A stretch of DNA of 64,000 nucleotides from an uncultured cyanobacterium (GTDB lineage Bacteria; Cyanobacteriota; Cyanobacteriia; Cyanobacteriales; Cyanobacteriaceae). The stretch spans positions 192,001-256,000 of the forward strand of contig CAVVOP010000020.1 of assembly GCA_963749915.1 (NCBI GenBank), written 5' to 3'. The position numbers were made by a program, and so were the translations under genes. Positions 62,543-64,000 of the stretch are shown here, piece by piece. Numbering within the stretch: the first letter of the stretch is position 1; every line of letters begins with the position of its first letter. The notes under the pieces are model-generated. The model was not told the DNA's origin. It did not search any database and saw nothing but the letters and a program-made list of their open reading frames with translations.

Positions 62543-63970
62543 CTAATTATCAAAATTATCGATAATTGCTTGAGCAAATTCTGAACATTTCAAAGGAGTT
62601 TCAACAGGAGGTGTCATCATCCTTGCTAAATCGTAGGTAACTTGTCGAGAAGCGATCGCCTTACTGATGCCATTACGAATTAAATCCGCCGCCTCTTGCC
62701 ATCCCATGTACTCTAACATCATAACACCAGAAAGAATCACAGATCCCGGATTAATACGATCAAGTCCTGCGTGTTTCGGTGCTGTCCCATGAGTCGCCTC
62801 AAAAATGGCACAACTATCCCCGATATTAGCACCTGGACCCATACCTAATCCACCAACAATTGCCGCCGCCGCATCAGATAAATAATCGCCGTTGAGGTTC
62901 ATGGTTGCTAAAATAGAATATTCATCAGGACGAGTTTGAATTTGTTGGAATATACTATCAGCAATGCGATCGTTGACCATTATTTTGTCCTGCCATTTAC
63001 CGTTACCGTGAGTATCCCAGATGGTATCTAAAACCCCTTTAACTTCCTCACAGATTACCGCTTGTTTTTCAGGGGTTAAGGCATCGTATCCGGGTTCGAT
63101 TTTACGGGCATTATCTTCAATGGAAATGTTGGCATTTGCCTCCTTATTGCCTAAAATCCATGATTCTCTTTCGGTAATGCACATGTCCCGAAATTCTGAG
63201 GTAGCCACTTCATAACCCCAGTCGCGGAAAGCCCCTTCAGTATATTTCATGATATTACCTTTATGCACTAAAGTCACCATTTGCTTATGCTTGGGCAAAC
63301 GTAAAGCATTTTGAATGGCACGACGTACTAAACGCTGCGAACCTTTTTTACTAATGGGTTTAATGCCAATACCGGCATCGAGGGGGATTTGTTTGTTTTT
63401 GTGTTCAGGAGTAGCGGGAATTAACTCTTCATTGAGAATTTTAATCAATTTTTGTGCAATTTCTGAGCCTTCTTTCCACTCAATACCTAAATAAATATCT
63501 TCGGTATTTTCGCGATAAACGATAATATCTAATTTTTCTGGGGTTTTGTGGGGGGATGGTGTACCTTGATAGTAACGACAGGGACGCACACAACAATAAA
63601 GATCGAAAATCTGTCTTAAAGCCACATTCAACGAACGAATACCACCACCTACAGGAGTAGTTAAAGGACCTTTAATAGCGATGCCATATTCTCTGATAGC
63701 CGTTAAAGTGTCTTCAGGCAAATATTGATAAGTGCCGTATTTTTCACAAGCCTCGTCTCCTGCATAAACCTTAAACCAGTTAATTTTCCTTTTACCGCCA
63801 TAAGCCTTTTTTACTGCGGCGTTGATGACTTTCTCAGAAGCTGGCCAAATATCGACCCCTGTACCATCGCCACGAATGAAGGGAATAATGGGATCATCAG
63901 GTACAATAGGCAAACCATTTTTGAATTTAATCTTACTTCCAACTTCTGGCGGTGTCAATTTTGCAAACAT
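62543..63970 (-). CDS. icd: NADP-dependent isocitrate dehydrogenase
   Basis: [39 protein letters not shown]. Confidence 0.98.
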   Translation of the reverse strand: MFAKLTPPEVGSKIKFKNGLPIVPDDPIIPFIRGDGTGVDIWPASEKVINAAVKKAYGGKRKINWFKVYAGDEACEKYGTYQYLPEDTLTAIREYGIAIKGPLTTPVGGGIRSLNVALRQIFDLYCCVRPCRYYQGTPSPHKTPEKLDIIVYRENTEDIYLGIEWKEGSEIAQKLIKILNEELIPATPEHKNKQIPLDAGIGIKPISKKGSQRLVRRAIQNALRLPKHKQMVTLVHKGNIMKYTEGAFRDWGYEVATSEFRDMCITERESWILGNKEANANISIEDNARKIEPGYDALTPEKQAVICEEVKGVLDTIWDTHGNGKWQDKIMVNDRIADSIFQQIQTRPDEYSILATMNLNGDYLSDAAAAIVGGLGMGPGANIGDSCAIFEATHGTAPKHAGLDRINPGSVILSGVMMLEYMGWQEAADLIRNGISKAIASRQVTYDLARMMTPPVETPLKCSEFAQAIIDNFDN

Positions 63971-64000
63971 ATTAATTTTTTGGTTAGATTTTTTCTTCTT

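Larger units (their letters stand above)
7043..62659. repeat. HIP1 octamer GCGATCGC, dispersed
   Basis: Seen for example at 7043, 9923, 10665, 12639, 12670, 14621, 16504, 40121, 43050, 45671, 54221, 56202 and 62652. Confidence 0.9.

Noticed and set aside
1..64000. tRNA, rRNA, transposase, integrase or prophage genes
   Set aside because: No such signatures recognised by eye; tRNAscan-SE, Infernal and ISEScan would be needed to exclude them fully.

Overview
64-kb chromosomal segment of a low-GC unicellular cyanobacterium. Frequent HIP1 GCGATCGC octamers, petE, ndhO, urtABCDE and a cyanobacterial Hfq support this; a Cyanobacterium/Geminocystis-like origin is my inference. Most of the window is housekeeping: ruvB, mdh, ndhO, urtABCDE with ureAB, fbp, hisB, hfq, dapF, purD, petE, fabG, proC, sepF, trpB, tatC, icd. 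Two RNA genes are absent from the ORF track: 6S RNA (~18.74-18.90 kb, -) and SRP RNA (~52.39-52.49 kb, +). Accessory-looking blocks: (i) a surface-glycan locus with a GT4, an RTX Ca-binding protein, a sulfotransferase with a repeat-built coiled coil, a methyltransferase and a second sulfotransferase; (ii) a NERD-nuclease/SF1-helicase/pentapeptide fusion; (iii) a more GC-rich MscS/CAT-fold acetyltransferase/MscS/Na+-H+ antiporter block; (iv) a glycosyltransferase/2OG-dioxygenase/sulfotransferase cassette inside a 4.65-kb segment bounded by perfect 39-bp inverted repeats. Other oddities: an unannotated 33-aa membrane micro-protein, two complementary degenerate histidine kinases, UrtD with a TerB-like tail, tandem SpkB-like kinases behind a perfect NtcA box, a 6S RNA whose 5' arm matches a dispersed repeat, and many ~80-130-bp MITE-like remnants. 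No CRISPR array, tRNA, rRNA or transposase gene was seen. All family calls come from motif recognition, not database searches.
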